Of a DNA stretch of 64,000 nt, positions 48,654 to 59,504 are shown in pieces. Position numbers and translations under genes: made by a program. The first letter of the stretch is position 1, and each line of letters begins with the position of its first letter. Source of the stretch: an uncultured Candidatus Saccharibacteria bacterium (GTDB lineage: Bacteria; Patescibacteriota; Minisyncoccia; Phycocordibacterales; CSBR16-119); contig CAYHDV010000002.1 of assembly GCA_964355515.1 (NCBI GenBank), positions 6,622-70,621 of the forward strand. Reading direction: 5' to 3'. The notes under the pieces were generated by a model. It had not been told where the DNA came from and did not search any database. It saw nothing but the letters and a program-made list of their open reading frames with translations.

Positions 48654-48944
48654 ATGAAAGATGATTATGTAACAAAAAAAGATCTTCAAGATTTTGGTGA
48701 GAAGCTTGAGCAAAGAATTGAGCAAAGAATTGATCAAAAGATCGAAGAAAAGCTTGAACCTATTCGATATGATTTAAACAAGCTGGGAGTCACTCAAGAA
48801 CAAATGATGCATAGCATACAAGCAATAATTGAAATGCTTGCTCCAAATCTAGAAAGAACAACTGATCATGGATACAGAATCGTCGCAAACGAAGAAAAAA
48901 TTAAAGAGCATGATATTCAAATAGGGGTGTTGCAAAAGAAGTAG
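48654..48944 (+). CDS. Small coiled-coil protein
   Basis: VTKKDL start and EQRI repeats. Confidence 0.7.
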   Translation: MKDDYVTKKDLQDFGEKLEQRIEQRIDQKIEEKLEPIRYDLNKLGVTQEQMMHSIQAIIEMLAPNLERTTDHGYRIVANEEKIKEHDIQIGVLQKK

Positions 48945-48964
48945 GTTGAGTACAGAAAATCCGC

Positions 48965-49789
48965 TTAGGCGGATTTTTTGTACTCTTGTTCTTTCTTTCC
49001 TTCGGGGATTATTTTTTCAATAATAAAGTTGTTGTTTTCAAATCTGGCACTTGAGATTTTGATTCTTTTTCCATCTTCAAAATAATAGACTCCAGGCCAA
49101 CCAAGATATGCTCTATATTTTCTAAATTTTATTTCATCTGTATCTGTCTCCAAGATCTCCCCATCTTTTTTGGTTATTTTTTTTGAATAGGTTGAGAGGT
49201 CATGCTTCTGATCTTGGGCTGTCAGCTTTTCGGAATTCATACCCATAAGAATATTTGATAGTAGGGCTCCTCCTATTTCAAAAAGTTTTTGATGTAGATC
49301 TGGACTGTATTCTGCCCCAGTTAATTTTAAAGATTCTTGGATGACAATAGGCCCGTGATCCATTTTTTCATCAAGCTTTATTATAGTAACCCCAGTTTCT
49401 CGGTCACCAGATAGAATCGAGCTTTGGATAGGTGTAGCCCCTCGGTGGAGAGGAAGGAGAGAAGGATGCACATTTAGAAATCCATGCTTTGGAATATCCA
49501 GAATATCTTTTTTAAGTATTTTTCCATAAGCAACAACGACACAAACATCTGGGTTTATTTGTTTTAGAGTTAATTCAAACTGCTCATCCAATTTCTCTGG
49601 TGTTAAAACTGGTATGTTGTTTTCAAGACCCCAAGATTTGGCTGGGCTTTGTTGTATTTCGAGACCCCGTCCTTTTGGGCGGTCTGGATTTGTAACTATA
49701 TGAGTAGGGAAGAGGCCTTGCTTTGCAATTTGCTCTAAGACAATTACTGCTGGCTCTGGGGTGCCAAAAAATACGAAGTTAGGCTTCAT
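48965..49789 (-). CDS. fmt: Methionyl-tRNA formyltransferase
   Basis: FFGTP, VTNPDRPKGRG, NVHPSLLPLHRGATPI, MDHGP. Confidence 0.95.
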   Translation of the reverse strand: MKPNFVFFGTPEPAVIVLEQIAKQGLFPTHIVTNPDRPKGRGLEIQQSPAKSWGLENNIPVLTPEKLDEQFELTLKQINPDVCVVVAYGKILKKDILDIPKHGFLNVHPSLLPLHRGATPIQSSILSGDRETGVTIIKLDEKMDHGPIVIQESLKLTGAEYSPDLHQKLFEIGGALLSNILMGMNSEKLTAQDQKHDLSTYSKKITKKDGEILETDTDEIKFRKYRAYLGWPGVYYFEDGKRIKISSARFENNNFIIEKIIPEGKKEQEYKKSA

Positions 49790-50276
49790 AGGGTAATTCT
49801 TTGATATCAGTGGCTTTGTCAATAAATAGAATCCCATCTAAATGGTCAATTTCATGTTGGAAAATTCTACCAAGCATACCACTTGCTTGGTATTCATGCT
49901 TTTCTCCTTTTTCGTTGTAGGCAATTATTGTCACCTTGGATGGACGTTCTACATTTCCATATATTCCACGAATAGACAGGCATCCTTCTTCTGAAACATC
50001 TGTTGCTTTTGAATAATGAGTAATAACTGGGTTTATAAAAATCATATCGTGAGCATGTGGCTTGTCTTCAAACATTTTGTGAGAAACAATAAACATCCTG
50101 CGAGTATCTGCAATTTGTGGGGCAGACAGACCAATACCATCTGATTGGGTTTCAAGCGATTCTTTCATATCAGAAATAAGCGACTGGACAGAGTCACTTT
50201 CAATTTGGTCTATCGGGATTTCTTTTGCCACTTCACGAAGAGCCGGGTGGCCTAGTTGTATGATTTCTTTTGGCAT
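49779..50276 (-). CDS. def: Peptide deformylase
   Basis: GIGLSAPQ, EGCLS, QHEIDHLDG. Confidence 0.97.
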   Translation of the reverse strand: MPKEIIQLGHPALREVAKEIPIDQIESDSVQSLISDMKESLETQSDGIGLSAPQIADTRRMFIVSHKMFEDKPHAHDMIFINPVITHYSKATDVSEEGCLSIRGIYGNVERPSKVTIIAYNEKGEKHEYQASGMLGRIFQHEIDHLDGILFIDKATDIKELPYEA

Positions 50277-50356
50277 GTGGCTATATTAAAGCATGAAAGA
50301 TTATAGTTGACAAACATTGTTGACTGGTGCAGTATCAGTGTAAATAAAAAGGTACT

Positions 50357-50644
50357 ATGGAAATACAAATTGAGAAAAAATACTCTAGACTTGCAATAAG
50401 CAAAGAAGTGGAGGGTCACAAGGGAGTAAGTGTTATCTGTTATAAAAATACAGGGAAACCTATAGACATTGGTCCGGGGGCTTGTTACGTGAGAGCTGTG
50501 GGATCCGAGCTCTTTACCAAAAGATTCTTCAAGGTTGAGCAATCCAAAGGAAAGTGGAATCTTCTCGTGAGAGAGCTTCATCATCTGGAATTTAAATCTG
50601 TTCCAGAGTTAAATCTACTCTCTATGGAGTTTTACTTCGTGTAA
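50357..50644 (+). CDS. Hypothetical protein
   Basis: 95-aa ATG ORF with TTGACA upstream and bidirectional terminator at 50645-50676. Confidence 0.6.
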   Translation: MEIQIEKKYSRLAISKEVEGHKGVSVICYKNTGKPIDIGPGACYVRAVGSELFTKRFFKVEQSKGKWNLLVRELHHLEFKSVPELNLLSMEFYFV

Positions 50645-50676
50645 AAAAGCCCCGCGCCGTTGGCGCGGGGCTTTTT

Positions 50677-51975
50677 CTATTTTTGTTTTTTAATATAATC
50701 AGCCATCTTGTCTATATCGAGAGTTTTTTGTGACCGAGTTTTCATGTCTCGTACAATCACAGAACCTTCGAGTGCTTCCTTGTGGCCAAAGATAAGTACT
50801 TGATTCACTCCAAGCTTTTCTGCAATTCCGAGCTGTTGTGACAATCCATCTTTTGAAAGTGAGTGAGCTACTGGGATTTTTGCATTTCTAAGTTCTTCTA
50901 TAATAGCGAGGCTCTTTAACTTTGCTTCTTGTCCAAGCTGGATAAAGTATACCTGAGGCTTTTTCTTTACTTTTGGTTTGATATCTTTTTCTGTTACTTC
51001 GATTATTCTATCTACTCCAAAAGCAAACCCAACAGCAGGAACCTCTTTTTTACCACCTATAATTTTTGCAAGATAGTCGTACCTTCCTCCACCTCCTAGA
51101 GCAAGAGGTTTTATTTCTTCTCCGGATTCAGTTTTTTCTGGTGTGGTAAAAAATTCAAAAACAGTATGACTGTAATAATCAAGACCTCGAACCAGCTTGT
51201 GATCTATTTCATATTCAATTCCCAATTGATCAAGATATTCTAGAACCTCCTTGAAGTGTTTCTTGCTTAGAGTATTAAGAGAGGATATAGACTGAGGCGC
51301 TTCCTTGTTTACCTCGATGGTCTTTTCATCCTTTGAGTCGAGGATTCGCATTGGATTTGTCTTCATCCTTTGTCTATCAGTTGCCCCTAGTTTGTTTATA
51401 TGTTTTCGATAATACGCAGTGAGTGTCTTTAGATAATCCTTTCTTGAATCAGCATCACCGAGTGAGTTTATTTTTAGAGTAATTTGTTTTATACCTGACT
51501 CTTTTAAAATAAGATGAGCTAGATGAATTGCCATCACATCAGACACAGTCTTTGTGCTTCCAAGTATTTCAACTCCAAACTGCCAGAACTGCCGGTATCG
51601 TCCTCTTTGAGGTTTGTCGTGTCGATACACAGGACCAAAAGTATAAAACATCACTGGCTGTGGTTGAGTATGCATCCCGTGCTCTATGTAAGCTCGCATA
51701 ATCCCGGCTGTTGTTTCTGGGCGCATTGCCAGCTTGTCTGTACCTTTTGTTTTGAGAGTATATATTTCTTTGTCTACAATATCAGTTCCTTCTCCTACAC
51801 CTTTTAAGAACACATCTTCTTGTTCAAGAGTTGGAGTCTCAATTGGTTGAAGTCCATAGTATTCACAAATCTCTTGAGCTTTTTCATAAAAACCTTGAAG
51901 AGCATAGTATTGATCTCCCATCATGTCTCTCATCCCTTTCACTGATTGTAATTCTTTTTTGTTATCGTTTGCCAT
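50677..51975 (-). CDS. hisS: Histidyl-tRNA synthetase
   Basis: RPETTA, PQRGRYRQF, LVRGLDYY, GGGRYD. Confidence 0.97.
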   Translation of the reverse strand: MANDNKKELQSVKGMRDMMGDQYYALQGFYEKAQEICEYYGLQPIETPTLEQEDVFLKGVGEGTDIVDKEIYTLKTKGTDKLAMRPETTAGIMRAYIEHGMHTQPQPVMFYTFGPVYRHDKPQRGRYRQFWQFGVEILGSTKTVSDVMAIHLAHLILKESGIKQITLKINSLGDADSRKDYLKTLTAYYRKHINKLGATDRQRMKTNPMRILDSKDEKTIEVNKEAPQSISSLNTLSKKHFKEVLEYLDQLGIEYEIDHKLVRGLDYYSHTVFEFFTTPEKTESGEEIKPLALGGGGRYDYLAKIIGGKKEVPAVGFAFGVDRIIEVTEKDIKPKVKKKPQVYFIQLGQEAKLKSLAIIEELRNAKIPVAHSLSKDGLSQQLGIAEKLGVNQVLIFGHKEALEGSVIVRDMKTRSQKTLDIDKMADYIKKQK

Positions 51976-51977
51976 AA

Positions 51978-52574
51978 TTATTTTTCAAAATTTACATCAC
52001 CTGGTAGTACTCCGATATCCTCAAAGGGAAGCAACCTCACCAACGCTCTCCCCACCATATACTTTGATGGGACTGTCCCCCATATACGAGAATCAGAACT
52101 CTTGGCTCTATTGTCTCCCATCACAAAGTAATCGTCTGGTCCAACCTTTTTTTCAAGTTTGTTTGAAGCAGGGAACTCTACAAAGCTCTGATCCAAGACA
52201 AACCCTTCAGGATAGTCATTGTTGTAAATAGTAACAGTTGAACCATCGATACTTACTGTTTCTCCTGGTAGACCAATCACTCTTTTTATGAAGAATATTT
52301 TTGGGTTTTGGGGGTATCTGAGTATCGCAACATCTCCTCTTTTGGGATTGGAAATATGGTAACTAAGCTCATCTACAATCAGATATTGGCCACTGTCAAA
52401 GGTGGGGTCCATTGATTCTCCATGAACAACAAATGGTTGGGCTACAAACATTCTGATAGGGACAACAATAAACATTGCGATGAATATAAATTTTAATGTT
52501 TCCCAGATTGTAGACTTAGTAGAGCTAGAAGGCTTTGGAATAAAAGACTCCTTACTATTTGATGATTGATTCAT
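51978..52574 (-). CDS. lepB: Signal peptidase I
   Basis: GESMDPT, IKRVIGLPGE, GDNRAKSSDSR. Confidence 0.95.
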   Translation of the reverse strand: MNQSSNSKESFIPKPSSSTKSTIWETLKFIFIAMFIVVPIRMFVAQPFVVHGESMDPTFDSGQYLIVDELSYHISNPKRGDVAILRYPQNPKIFFIKRVIGLPGETVSIDGSTVTIYNNDYPEGFVLDQSFVEFPASNKLEKKVGPDDYFVMGDNRAKSSDSRIWGTVPSKYMVGRALVRLLPFEDIGVLPGDVNFEK

Positions 52575-52636
52575 GACGTCAATTGTACTACACCAAACTA
52601 CTTGATGCAAAACTGCAAGTGTTGTATCGTTAGTAC

Positions 52637-53209
52637 ATGTTTTTAATTACAGGACTTGGTAATCCAGGAGAAGAATATATTAAGACTAGACACAATGTTG
52701 GGTTCTTGTTGTTGGATAAAATTGCCGGAGATGTTTCTTGGCAAAAAGATAAATATGCAGATGCGGAGTATTGGCAGGGGGATTTTGAAGGGTCTACTAC
52801 AATCTTTCTAAAGCCTCTGACTTTTATGAACTTATCAGGAAAGTCCGTGAAGGAGTTTATGAAGAAAGATGGTATTGATATGAATCGATTTGTAGTGATA
52901 CATGATGATATTGATTTACCAATAGGGTCATTTAAAATTTCTTATGATAGAGGTTCAGGCGGACACAATGGTATAAAATCCATAATCTCTGATCTAGAAG
53001 ACAATGCATTTCTTCGGATAAGAATTGGAATTGCTCCGGTAGATGAAGAGGGTATCACTCACAGACCAGAAGACACTGCAAATTTCGTGTTGAAAGAATT
53101 TTCGAAAGGGGATTTGGAAAAAGTTTTTGCACTTGCGCCGCGCATTCGCGCGGCGCTCCAAACCTTTATGGAGTTTGGTAGGGAAGTTATGATGAATAAA
53201 TTTAATTAG
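52637..53209 (+). CDS. pth: Peptidyl-tRNA hydrolase
   Basis: GLGNPG..TRHNVGF, KPLTFMNLSG, GGHNG. Confidence 0.97.
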   Translation: MFLITGLGNPGEEYIKTRHNVGFLLLDKIAGDVSWQKDKYADAEYWQGDFEGSTTIFLKPLTFMNLSGKSVKEFMKKDGIDMNRFVVIHDDIDLPIGSFKISYDRGSGGHNGIKSIISDLEDNAFLRIRIGIAPVDEEGITHRPEDTANFVLKEFSKGDLEKVFALAPRIRAALQTFMEFGREVMMNKFN

Positions 53210-53236
53210 CTTTTTGTTTTTTTTGTTAAAAATTAT

Positions 53237-53453
53237 TTTCTTTTTCCATCGCTGAAAAAGAAACAAAAAAGCTAGACCTCTTCCAAAATATCTAAAAAAT
53301 AGATACATTCTCGGTGCTACGCTAAGCGCTATCGCTACGAGCTACGCACTATTCGAGAATGTATCTATTTTTCTTAACGATATTTTAGAAAACGGTCAAA
53401 GATTTCAAGTTTTAAAAAACCGTGAATATTTTAAAAGTTAAAGCTCAAGTGTC
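53237..53453 (+). repeat. Structured dispersed repeat, copy D
   Basis: Perfect 18-bp stem AAAATAGATACATTCTCG/CGAGAATGTATCTATTTT; ends shared with copy A. Confidence 0.85.
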
Positions 53454-53575
53454 GTAAGATTTTGCAAGTGATCAAATATCTCAAGTGTTGAAGATTTGAA
53501 AAACATTCTAAATAAAAAGCCCCGCGCAACTGCGTGGGACTTTTAGGTAATGTCTAGTACCCAGCATTAGATTGC

Positions 53576-53848
53576 TCAGAGTGGAATGAAGGTTCTTTCT
53601 AAAAAGTACTTTTGGGTGTCTTTTATGGCTATCGATAGATAGAGTAGTATCACCAATGAAAAACCAAACCAGAAACCTATTTCCAAAATGGTATTTCCAA
53701 GATTGAATAATACTTGGATGAATGTAAACAGTAGGACGAGAACCAATCCTCCAAGAGTGGCATAGAATAGTATTAATAAAACTCCAAGAAATACAACGAA
53801 AATCATTTCGCTGATACAAAGAGTCACGCGGGTTAGTTTCATTATCAT
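53576..53848 (-). CDS. Small membrane protein
   Basis: Hydrophobic ORF with own promoter-like TTGACT. Confidence 0.55.
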   Translation of the reverse strand: MIMKLTRVTLCISEMIFVVFLGVLLILFYATLGGLVLVLLFTFIQVLFNLGNTILEIGFWFGFSLVILLYLSIAIKDTQKYFLERTFIPL

Positions 53849-53946
53849 GATAGAAGGATCTTAGTTAACTTGAGTTTAAGTTACTATAAAATTATCAGAA
53901 GTCAAACAATCAAAAAACCACCCATTCGGGTGGTTTTTTGATTTAT

Positions 53947-55014
53947 TTATTTTGCGTCTTTGTCTAGATACGCAAGAGTCATTTTTTGTTCTGATGGTTC
54001 AAACAATGTGATTTGGAAATCATATGTTTTTCCAAGAGAAAGTTTTTCTCGAAGTTTGTCTGTTCCTCCAAATAGTGAGTTGTGTACAAGTCCAGCCACT
54101 CCTTCTTGTATAGATACAAGAGCTCCATGCTTGTTGAACTTGATAACAGCTCCTTTCACGATATCTCCTTTCTTGTAAGTCTCTTTGTGCTTACCCCATG
54201 GGTTTTGCTTTAGAGCCTTGATAGAAAGAGAAACCTTTCCTTCTTTAATTTCGATTATTTTAGCGTTAACTTTGTCTCCTAGTTTGAATAGCTCTCGTGG
54301 ATTTTCTACAAGACCCCAATCAAGTTCTGAGATGTGCACTAGTCCTTCTAGTCCTTCTTCTAGTTTTAGGAATACTCCGAAGTCTACCACTCCTGCAATT
54401 TCTCCTGATACTTCATCTCCGAGAGAGTACTTTCCTACAATTTCTTTTTTCTCTTCTGGGTTTGTATCTTTTTCAGAGAAGATAAGCTTTCCTTCTTTTG
54501 GATTAGCAGCAAGCATGATCACGCTTACTCGGTCTCCAACAAGTTTTTTTAGTTCAAGAAGAATTGCATCTTTGTCTCCATTTTCGATTCGTGGGTAGTG
54601 CTCAGGTTTTAGTTGAGATGCGGGCAGGAATCCTTGAAGTCCTTGCCAGTCGATGATAAGTCCACCTTTGTTTGCTTCTTTTACAAGAAGAGAAAAGATA
54701 GTCTTGTCTTTGATTGCTGACTCAGCATCTTTCCAAAGAAGGGCTTGCTTGGCCTCCTTTAGAGAAAGCTCTGTATACCCATTGTTGTTTTCTTTTTCTA
54801 CAACCTTTGCTTTGATGATGTCTCCAATATTTAGGTTTTTAATTATTTCTCGTGAAGAGTTATATTCTCGTCCATAAATAATTCCTGTTCCATATGGAGC
54901 AAGGTCGGCGTATACAGCACCGCTTTGGATATCAATAATGATTCCTTCAACAAGTGTCCCAATTTCTGGCTTTACTTTTGAATCTTCTACAATTGTTTTT
55001 AAATCTATTGTCAT
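53947..55014 (-). CDS. rpsA: 30S ribosomal protein S1 (short, about 4 S1 domains)
   Basis: NKGGL..GFLPASQL, DFGVFL..EGLVHISELDW, SLSIKAL. Confidence 0.92.
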   Translation of the reverse strand: MTIDLKTIVEDSKVKPEIGTLVEGIIIDIQSGAVYADLAPYGTGIIYGREYNSSREIIKNLNIGDIIKAKVVEKENNNGYTELSLKEAKQALLWKDAESAIKDKTIFSLLVKEANKGGLIIDWQGLQGFLPASQLKPEHYPRIENGDKDAILLELKKLVGDRVSVIMLAANPKEGKLIFSEKDTNPEEKKEIVGKYSLGDEVSGEIAGVVDFGVFLKLEEGLEGLVHISELDWGLVENPRELFKLGDKVNAKIIEIKEGKVSLSIKALKQNPWGKHKETYKKGDIVKGAVIKFNKHGALVSIQEGVAGLVHNSLFGGTDKLREKLSLGKTYDFQITLFEPSEQKMTLAYLDKDAK

Positions 55015-55530
55015 AAAATTTTAATTCCGCCTGTGTTACAAGGCGGAAGGCTTGTGAGATAAAAAAGCTTCTTATTTCATCCAAATCTGAAAATAAGGGG
55101 TTAACTTCATTCCTCGGCTTATAACGAGTAATACTTTAGCATAATAGCGGGGGATAGCAAGGGTATTTGGGGGCTTGGAATATTAATATAAAAAAGCTTG
55201 ACAAATAATCTGTATATGCTAGACTATAGGTATAAGTACATTGTATAAGTTCAATTGTTTTTATGTTTTTAAAAATTTGGAGGTATTTTTGAGAGAGGTG
55301 GGTCCTCATCTTAAAGCCAAGAGAATTTTATAAAAACTTTATTTTTGTAATCTTAATAAGTAATCTTAGCATTTTTCAATTTTTGGTTGATGAGAAAAAT
55401 CTTAAGATAGTGTCTCATTTGAGATGCGATGACGTGCCCACATAAGAGCCGACTTTCTGTCGGCTCTTTTTTTGTACAGGTTAAACTTTTTTACTTGTCT
55501 CATCCCAGCGTCAGCGGTATACTGCTATAC

Positions 55531-56145
55531 ATGGTAATCACACATTTTGGAAAACAATTTTTTAAAGTAGCCTTTGGCGACATTTCTTTAGCCTTTAACC
55601 CAATCTCTAAGGATTCAAAAGAAGGTGGTAAAACAAAGTTTGGTTCTACTATAGTATTTTCTACGGTAAATCATCCTGATTATAATGGTATCGAAAATGC
55701 TTCCCACGGAGACAATGTTCCATTTATTGTAGATGGTCCCGGTGATTATGAAATCCAAGATATTTTTATCAAAGGAGTAGCTTCAGAGACTGAAATTGAT
55801 GGAAAGGAGTATATAAATACAATCTATACTTTAACTCTTGAAGATATGAACATTTGTTTTCTGGGAGCGATTTTTAATTCTGAATTAACTATTGAGCAAA
55901 AAGAGATAATAGGAAACCCAGACATCGTCTTTGTCCCTGTCTCAAATACCCTTCTTTCTCCCACAAAAGCCCAAAAGCTAGCCACAAGTCTAGAGCCTTC
56001 AATTATTATTCCCATGGATTACGACCCAGCTTCCCTGAAAGCTTTTTTGAAAGAGTCCGGATCAGAAGGTCTAAAGCCCGTTGATAAATTAACTATTAAG
56101 AAGAAAGATATTATCGGAAAACAAGGCGAGGTTGTTTATTTTTAA
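55531..56145 (+). CDS. Metallo-beta-lactamase-fold protein with degenerate metal site
   Basis: GPGDYEI, NTIY, DIVFVPV, LEPSIIIPMDY; start ATG 55531. Confidence 0.75.
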   Translation: MVITHFGKQFFKVAFGDISLAFNPISKDSKEGGKTKFGSTIVFSTVNHPDYNGIENASHGDNVPFIVDGPGDYEIQDIFIKGVASETEIDGKEYINTIYTLTLEDMNICFLGAIFNSELTIEQKEIIGNPDIVFVPVSNTLLSPTKAQKLATSLEPSIIIPMDYDPASLKAFLKESGSEGLKPVDKLTIKKKDIIGKQGEVVYF

Positions 56146-56157
56146 TTTATTTTTCTC

Positions 56158-56328
56158 ATGGAAAATTGGAGTAGTAAAAAAAAGAATCTTTTTCTCATGG
56201 TTTCAGTTGCCGTGTCCATGCTCTTCATTATTATGTTGTGGCTTTTTGTTTTTCCTCCGGAGTATTTCAAAGAAGGTAAGAATGATGGTGTTTTTGACAC
56301 TCTTAAAACAGAATTTTCTAATTTATAA
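56158..56328 (+). CDS. 56-aa single-TM protein (not in ORF track)
   Basis: MENWSSKKKNLFLMVSVAVSMLFIIMLWLFVFPP..; fills the gap before gyrA. Confidence 0.6.
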   Translation: MENWSSKKKNLFLMVSVAVSMLFIIMLWLFVFPPEYFKEGKNDGVFDTLKTEFSNL

Positions 56329-56371
56329 AAAGAGCATTATCACTTATAATGTGATATAATTAATAAATATT

Positions 56372-58837
56372 ATGGCAAAAAAAGAAGCAGAAAAAAAATC
56401 AGAAGAGGCCCCAAAACACCAAGGGATCATCTCAACAAATATTGTAAAAGAAATGAAAGAATCCTATCTGGCATACGCCATGTCAGTTATCGTTTCTCGA
56501 GCTCTCCCTGATATTCGTGACGGATTAAAGCCAGTACACCGGAGAATTCTCTATGCTATGCACAAGCTTGGGGTTGTATATAGTGCCAAATTCGTGAAGT
56601 CTGCGCGTATCGTCGGAGAGGTAATCGGTAAGTACCACCCTCATGGAGACACCTCAGTATACGACGCCATGGTAAACACTGCTCAGACTTTCTCTTATCG
56701 ATATCCATTTGTTGTTGGCCAGGGTAACTTCGGTTCTATCGATGGAGACAACGCAGCTGCTATGCGTTATACCGAAGCAAAGATGTCAAAGATTTCAAGT
56801 GAGCTTCTTCGAGACATCGAAAAAGATACAATTGACTACCAACCAAACTACGACGGAGCTTTCAAGGAGCCTACTGTTCTTCCAGCTGCAGTGCCTGCAC
56901 TTCTTTTGAATGGGACACTTGGTATAGCTGTTGGTATGGCGACAAACATCGCGCCTCACAATTTGGGAGAAATAGTAGATGCCACAAAACATCTTATAGA
57001 TAACCCAGATGCTACAACAGAAGATTTGATGCAATTTGTCCAAGGTCCAGATTTCCCAACAGGAGGAATTGTCTATGGCAAAAAAGATCTTCTACATGCA
57101 TACAACACAGGGCGTGGAGGAGTTGTGTGTCGTGGTGAAGCTGAAATAGTGGAGATGAAAGCAGGGAACTTCGCTGTTATTATCACCTCTATTCCATATC
57201 GAGTAAACAAGTCCAGGCTCATTGAGTCTATTGCAGACCTTGTGCGTGACAAAAAGCTTGTAGGTTTAAAGGATCTCCGAGATGAATCAACTCGAGATAT
57301 CAGAGTGGTTATCGAGCTTAAGAGTTCTGCTCAGCCACAAAAAGTTCTAAACTTTCTATACAAAAATACTCAATTAGAACAAAAGTTCAACTTCAACATG
57401 GTGGCACTAGTGGATGGTGTGCCCCAGACACTTTCTCTGAAATCAATGCTTGCTGAGTTTATCTCTTTTAGACAAGTGGTTATCGTGAGAAGAACTAAAT
57501 TTGATTTGGCAAAAGCAGAAGCGCGCGAGCACATCTTGCTTGGACTTAAAATTGCACTTGATAAGATTGACGAAGTTATCAAAACAATTAGAGCCTCAAA
57601 AGACAAAGAAGAAGCAAAAATCAATTTGATAAAGAAGTTCAAATTCTCTGATCTTCAAGCAGAGGCTATTTTGGAAATGAGACTCCAAAAACTCGCTGGT
57701 CTAGAGCGAAAGGCAATAGAAGAAGAACTCAAAGAAAAACAAGCCCTTATCAAGGCCTTGAAAGCACTCTTGGCTTCTCCAAAGATGATTCTTAAAACTA
57801 TTTCTGAAGAGCTCGCAGAAATCCGAGAAAAATACGATGATGGTCGCCGAACACATATTATCAAAGGTGGTGTGAAAAATATCTCAGCCGAAGATTTGAT
57901 TCCAAACAAGGAAGCGGTTTTGGTGTTTACTCAGGGTGGATACGTGAAGCGAACAGATCCAAGTGAATACAAAAAACAAAAGCGTGGAGGAGTTGGTGTT
58001 GTGGATATATCCACAAAAGAAGAAGACGTGGTGACAATACTTCTAAATACAAGTACTCACAGTGACCTCCTATTCTTTACTGATTATGGTAAAGCTTACC
58101 AAATCAAGATGTATGAAATCCCAGAAGGGCGTCGCGCCACAAAAGGTAAATCTATCGTAAACTTTATCCAGCTTGGTGGAGATGAGCAGGTGACAAGTAT
58201 TGTGGCTCTCGATCCAGAAAAGAAACACGATAACAAATATTTGTTACTTACTACAAAAGAAGGAGTCATCAAGAAAACTTCAGCAGAGAGTTTCAAAGAT
58301 GTGAGAAGAAGTGGCTTGATTGCTATAAGCCTAAAAGACGGTGATAAACTTTATTCTGCAAAGTTTATAAATGATGGAGACCAAATATTCCTTGCCACAA
58401 AAGAAGGTCAGGCGATTCGTTTCGAGGAAGCAGATGTGCGAGAAATGGGTAGAACTGCCGCAGGGGTGCGAGGAATGAAATTGAAAAAGGCAGATGAGAT
58501 TGTGGGGGTTGGTATTTTGCCCAAGACCTCAAAAGAGGCAAATGTCTTGGTTCTTACAGAAAATGGTTTTGGAAAGCAGACAAAAATTTCTGAATACAAA
58601 GTCCAGAACAGAGGCGGGTCAGGAGTTAAGACTGTGAAGATAACAGCTAAAACAGGGAAGCTTATTGTGGCTCGGTTGGTAGATGAAGATTCAGAAGAGC
58701 TTATTGCTATTTCAAACAAAGGTCAGATAATAAGAACAGGTATTGAATCAATCAATACCCTAGGTAGAGACACACAGGGAGTGACAGTTATGAAGCTTCG
58801 GGATGGGGACAAACTTGCCTCAGCGACAGTATTATAA
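56372..58837 (+). CDS. gyrA: DNA gyrase subunit A
   Basis: [22 protein letters not shown], GyrA-box QKRGGVG. Confidence 0.98.
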   Translation: MAKKEAEKKSEEAPKHQGIISTNIVKEMKESYLAYAMSVIVSRALPDIRDGLKPVHRRILYAMHKLGVVYSAKFVKSARIVGEVIGKYHPHGDTSVYDAMVNTAQTFSYRYPFVVGQGNFGSIDGDNAAAMRYTEAKMSKISSELLRDIEKDTIDYQPNYDGAFKEPTVLPAAVPALLLNGTLGIAVGMATNIAPHNLGEIVDATKHLIDNPDATTEDLMQFVQGPDFPTGGIVYGKKDLLHAYNTGRGGVVCRGEAEIVEMKAGNFAVIITSIPYRVNKSRLIESIADLVRDKKLVGLKDLRDESTRDIRVVIELKSSAQPQKVLNFLYKNTQLEQKFNFNMVALVDGVPQTLSLKSMLAEFISFRQVVIVRRTKFDLAKAEAREHILLGLKIALDKIDEVIKTIRASKDKEEAKINLIKKFKFSDLQAEAILEMRLQKLAGLERKAIEEELKEKQALIKALKALLASPKMILKTISEELAEIREKYDDGRRTHIIKGGVKNISAEDLIPNKEAVLVFTQGGYVKRTDPSEYKKQKRGGVGVVDISTKEEDVVTILLNTSTHSDLLFFTDYGKAYQIKMYEIPEGRRATKGKSIVNFIQLGGDEQVTSIVALDPEKKHDNKYLLLTTKEGVIKKTSAESFKDVRRSGLIAISLKDGDKLYSAKFINDGDQIFLATKEGQAIRFEEADVREMGRTAAGVRGMKLKKADEIVGVGILPKTSKEANVLVLTENGFGKQTKISEYKVQNRGGSGVKTVKITAKTGKLIVARLVDEDSEELIAISNKGQIIRTGIESINTLGRDTQGVTVMKLRDGDKLASATVL

Positions 58838-58962
58838 AAAACAAAAACGCCTCTGGCGTTTTTGTTTTTGAGTAGATACTCCAAGTCTTATTATTATACG
58901 CAGGGGTGTTTTCTCCACATCCTAAATAAGAAGAAAGTTTGGTTGTTTGATACAATACAATC

Positions 58963-59502
58963 ATGAATGATACAACTTTTTCAGACCCAGAAAAGATATT
59001 AAAACAATTTCCAATAAGACCATCTGAAGTTGTGGCAGATATTGGAGCTGGAATGGGTGTTTATAGCAGACTCGCGGCACATGCTGTGGGGAAACATGGA
59101 TCTGTTTATGCTATAGATGTTCAAATCTCTTTTGTAGATTCTCTGAAAAAAACAGCTATAAAAGAAGACTTGGAACAACTCCACGTTCTTTGGGCAGATG
59201 CTGAGCTTCCAAATGGGACAAAACTTGCAGATGACTCAGTCGATGTCGTGATACTGACAAATGTTCTCTTTACCATTGAAGACAAGCCGGGATTGCTAGC
59301 GGAAATAAAACGAATTCTTAAATCAAATGGAAGAATACTAGTGGTTGATTGGCAGGATAGTTTCGGGGGTATTGGACCGCACCCTAGCCATGTTGTCCCT
59401 GAGAAAACCGCTAGAAATTTATTTACAACACATGGGTTTGATTTTATCAAAAATGTTTCTGCCGGAGAGCACCATTATGGTATGATTATACATAACAAAT
59501 AA
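58963..59502 (+). CDS. Class I SAM-dependent methyltransferase
   Basis: VADIGAGMG, VYAIDV, GRILVVDW, HHYG. Confidence 0.9.
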   Translation: MNDTTFSDPEKILKQFPIRPSEVVADIGAGMGVYSRLAAHAVGKHGSVYAIDVQISFVDSLKKTAIKEDLEQLHVLWADAELPNGTKLADDSVDVVILTNVLFTIEDKPGLLAEIKRILKSNGRILVVDWQDSFGGIGPHPSHVVPEKTARNLFTTHGFDFIKNVSAGEHHYGMIIHNK

Positions 59503-59504
59503 TT

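Noticed and set aside
55429-55530. N-terminal extensions given by the ORF track (also 23084-23164, 23902-24033, 52575-52610)
   Set aside because: They run through terminators or promoters; homology begins at downstream ATGs
56132-56359. 75-aa ORF from the track
   Set aside because: The overlapping ATG frame 56158-56328 gives a more plausible single-TM protein
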